A stretch of DNA of 64,000 bases from Azolla caroliniana (Eukaryota > Plantae > Polypodiophyta), in assembly GCA_043228905.1 (NCBI GenBank), contig JBHGNT010000013.1:8308001-8372000 (forward strand). Reading direction: 5' to 3'. Numbering within the stretch: position 1 is the first letter of the stretch; each line of letters begins with the position of its first letter. Below the pieces are notes generated by a model, which searched no databases, was not told where the DNA came from, and saw only the letters and a program-made list of their open reading frames with translations. The position numbers and the translations under genes were made by a program. Shown here one piece after another: positions 61,087 through 64,000 of the stretch.

Positions 61087-61405
61087 GAACGATGACTGCA
61101 TGTGCTCTTAATTTGTTTAGGAACTGCGTCGCATTAGAAAAGGACCCCGACCAAGTCAATTTTATTAAGATGAGGATCCAAGGCATCTGGGAATGTCCCG
61201 ACTAGGACCAAGAGGTTGGGGCAAAGCATATCAACGAAACAGGGATGTTTCAGATGGCCTCTAGAGAGCCGATGGAACCTATAAACGAGAAAGGAGGCAA
61301 CCTTGTCGACCTTGAAGATGCACTGGGTTCTGATCATATACAAGATTCAACTGAGGAGGCAGAACATGTTGATGTAGCACCACTGTCAGCTGATCTTGGA
61401 GAGTA
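61087..61405 (+). pseudogene. Duplicate of the last exon of the DNA methyltransferase pseudogene
   Basis: TMTACALNLFRNCVALEKDPDQVNFIKMRIQG, homologous to 36334-36650. Confidence 0.8.
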
Positions 61406-62221
61406 GCTTGTTCCAGACAGACCTCCTAATGGAGTGATTGTATAGTAGTTTGAATTTGTAACTATAAAATTGTAAAACTAAACTTGTTTTGGAATATAAG
61501 ATTATTTTGTTTGAGTGCCATTTCTTTACATTATCTGATTGGTTTGCCAACTTTAAGTATCCATCATATATTTGTATTGGTTGACTCGCAAAGTATGTGG
61601 TTGTTAAGTATAATTTTTATTGAATAGATGATGATGAACTTATCTATTGTATGACAAATGTTGGTTATAATAGTTTCTTTATTAATATAATTGAATTTAG
61701 CTTTATTCTAGGATTTCTGAGCTCTTTAATCTTGGTTATTTAGTTTTGAGTGTACAGAATAATATTAAGTCAATGTTGTTGCTCACTTGATCTTACATTT
61801 AGGTTGTTCGTATATGATTGGATATAATGTTCGTAGAAGTTTTTGGGCATGTGAGGTATATAATGTGATATTCACTTGTGAATATGTGTCTAATTATATT
61901 CAAAAATGCAATTTGCTCATTTAATATAACAAGCTTTATGGGAGTTAGAGAGAAATATAGCATTAAATTTGTGTTTCTAAAATTGTTCGATTGAATTCAA
62001 ATTCAACATTATGTAAAATGAAACATATTACAATGATAGTTGAAAGCATTCTCGTAATCCAAGCGAATGTCTGGCTAAATATGTGTATATATTTAAAAAT
62101 ATAGGTTAAAATTGAAATCTTGATAATATTAATTGTGTTTTTTATTAATGTTTTTAAAAGTCATGTGCGCATGTGTGATACATTCTTGAAAGTTTGTTAT
62201 AAAATTGTAATTCTTGACATC

Positions 62222-63467
62222 TCATGTATTTATCAATAAAGGTATGCGACATATTACCTGTTCTAAATGACCCGGTGTTAGTCGTAAAATTTCAAATTGG
62301 ATCACAAATTGTGATACCGTTTCGTGTGACTCTTGATAGGCCAGATAGAGTTGACCTATTAGATCCTTGTATGGGATCTTTTGATGAAACAATTGTGTGA
62401 ATTTCGCAGCTAATTGTTTGAACGAGTCGAACGCGTTTGGCCCGTTCTGGGCATACCAATTTGTCGACGGACCGTCAAATGATAAGACAAACTTAACAAC
62501 TTTTAATTTTCCCTCAGTTGCTGCCGACAATCGTTGTGCCACTTGTTTCACCTCCCATGTGGTCAAAAAATCTCTTATATGTGCTTCCACATTAGCACCA
62601 TCTCAATACTTCGAGTTAGAGTAAGGCATAGTGTCGTCTCCCTAAATGTCGTAAAAAGAATTTTCATCAAACCTCTCCTCGTTTGAATGATTATTTGTTA
62701 GATCCGGAATTTTGCTCCACTCCCGATCAACTTGTTGCTGATGTTGATGGCTATGTTCGAAATTGTCAGCACTACCTTCTGCTACACGTTAAGACTTTGC
62801 TCGTGTGCAAGGATGTTTACGGCTGACAGGTGTTTCTGGACTAGACGAGATCCATTCTACCTTGTTCTCTACCTATTGCGGATGTAACTGGGCGTGCCAA
62901 AATTATTGTGTTGTTCGACCGACAGTCGATTTAAGTACATAGCGGACACAATAGGTCAAGCGTTCAGATCCGAACGTTCTATCAAGATGACTGTGGTAGA
63001 AGGATGGATAGACGTACTAGTCAATAAATAAGACTTGTTGTCTGAGTAACTATGATCGACTATTAGATTTTAATATAATTACTTAGTGAGCAAAGCAATT
63101 CAGAAGTCGACACTTAGAATAATAATGAATAGAGAGACCTGCCGACACAAAGATACTCTAACCACTAACTATATTAATTTACAAAATAGAACAACAACTT
63201 TATAATGTTTTCGTTCCCTCTTTTATAGTAAAACTGAGAGTCTCTTTTCAAGATTACATTTGCCCTTGTTCGGCAAGAACTATTACAAAACTGTCTAACT
63301 AATTCTAATACATATTTTTACTACTTGGGAAAATTTGTAACTGTTGACTCATTGATCCACCGCAACAATCTGACTCCGACTCCTTCGTACTTCCGAACAT
63401 TGTCGACTCCGATCCTTTCACACCTGTCTGATTCCGACCTTTCGACCCTATAGCTGACCGACTAACA
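62222..63467 (-). mobile_element. 5' fragment of a Gypsy-2-related element: 5' LTR (about 62909-63467), PBS, gag start
   Basis: PBS TGGCACGCCCAGT at 62899-62887. Gag AHIRDFLTTWE..WYAQ..FTQLFHQKIP is homologous to 28496-28774. Confidence 0.85.
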
Positions 63468-63835
63468 ACTGGAGTGAGCAGCGCCTCGGCCTAGAAACCA
63501 TTTCATAGTCCTGCGTGTTGCATCATGGAGACAATTTGTTCCTGAATTATCCGATTCATCTGTCCGGAAATTCCATTATGCTTCGGACTATATGGTGTCG
63601 TATATTCACATCGAATGCTGTGCTGTTGGCAAAACCTGATGAATTCCTCTAACTTGTACTCTCTTCCATTATCAAACCGCAAGCATTTTAGCTTCCGGCC
63701 GGATTGGTTCTCCACCAAGGCAAGCCATTCCTAGAAGCTCGAGAACACTTGATCTCTACTTCTAGTTGGGTATGCCCACACTTTCCTGGTCGAGTCGTTA
63801 ATAAAGTACACGAAGTAGGAAGTGCCACCAAGGGA
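63468..63835 (-). mobile_element. Copia integrase fragment
   Basis: VENQSGRKLKCLRFDNGREY..TTPYSPKHNG; interrupted by the Gypsy LTR ending at 63467. Confidence 0.85.
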
Positions 63836-64000
63836 TTGATGTGACATCGGGCCACAAACTGACCTAGGGCAAGTACCCTTTCCACTATTTACAGAAATAG
63901 CGTAAACCTAGTATGTTCAATGGGACAATGTGAATACGGCCATTATGCACCCGTATTCAACATTTGTGTCGTTAGCCACATGTTGTAGGACAATTACACT

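Larger units (their letters stand above)
50888..62097 (+). repeat. Segmental duplicate of 31568-37338 (satellite, solo LTR, Sola2 exon 1, MTase 3' part) with an internal deletion and a later chromovirus insertion
   Basis: Collinear high identity: 58658-59442 ~ 32333-33254; 59879-60565 ~ 33590-34276; 61000-62097 ~ 36247-37338. The junction at about 60998 skips 34712-36246. Confidence 0.92.

Noticed and set aside
50888-62097. Second independent Sola2 insertion
   Set aside because: No TIRs or TSD, and it includes flanking DNA from beyond the first element's end.
63860-64000. Possible further LTR or other element at the window end
   Set aside because: Too short; no terminus, PBS or homology that I could support.

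Overview
Eukaryotic, land-plant-type DNA (spliceosomal introns, heavy CG/CHG-type C>T decay; the TE families suggest a seed-free plant, which is inference). It is almost entirely nested transposable elements. Backbone: an RTEX-like LINE 3' end (1-410), then a Copia element split by a 32.4-kb Sola2-like DNA transposon (2955-35344; 24-bp TIRs starting GGG, 4-bp TSD CAAA). The transposon carries RING-H2 and FCP1/NIF-like passenger genes and a palindromic TAGCTAATTAGCTA satellite. A Tat-like Gypsy with an extra RNase H sits in its transposase intron and itself holds a Copia and a second Gypsy, which holds a solo LTR: five nesting levels. Next come an intron-containing beta-class (N4C/N6A) DNA methyltransferase pseudogene (35443-36650), tandem Copia fragments, two exons of a DUF4057-like host gene, a 3x230-bp repeat, a near-full-length RTEX-like LINE, and a segmental duplicate of 31568-37338 that gained a chromovirus. 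Most unusual signals: (i) two Gypsy elements with different LTRs have a tRNA-3'-end-like hairpin ending in CCA, instead of an abutting polypurine tract, 2 nt before the 3' LTR; (ii) the amino-methyltransferase gene; (iii) the cargo-carrying Sola2. All alignments were done by eye and no database searches were run.
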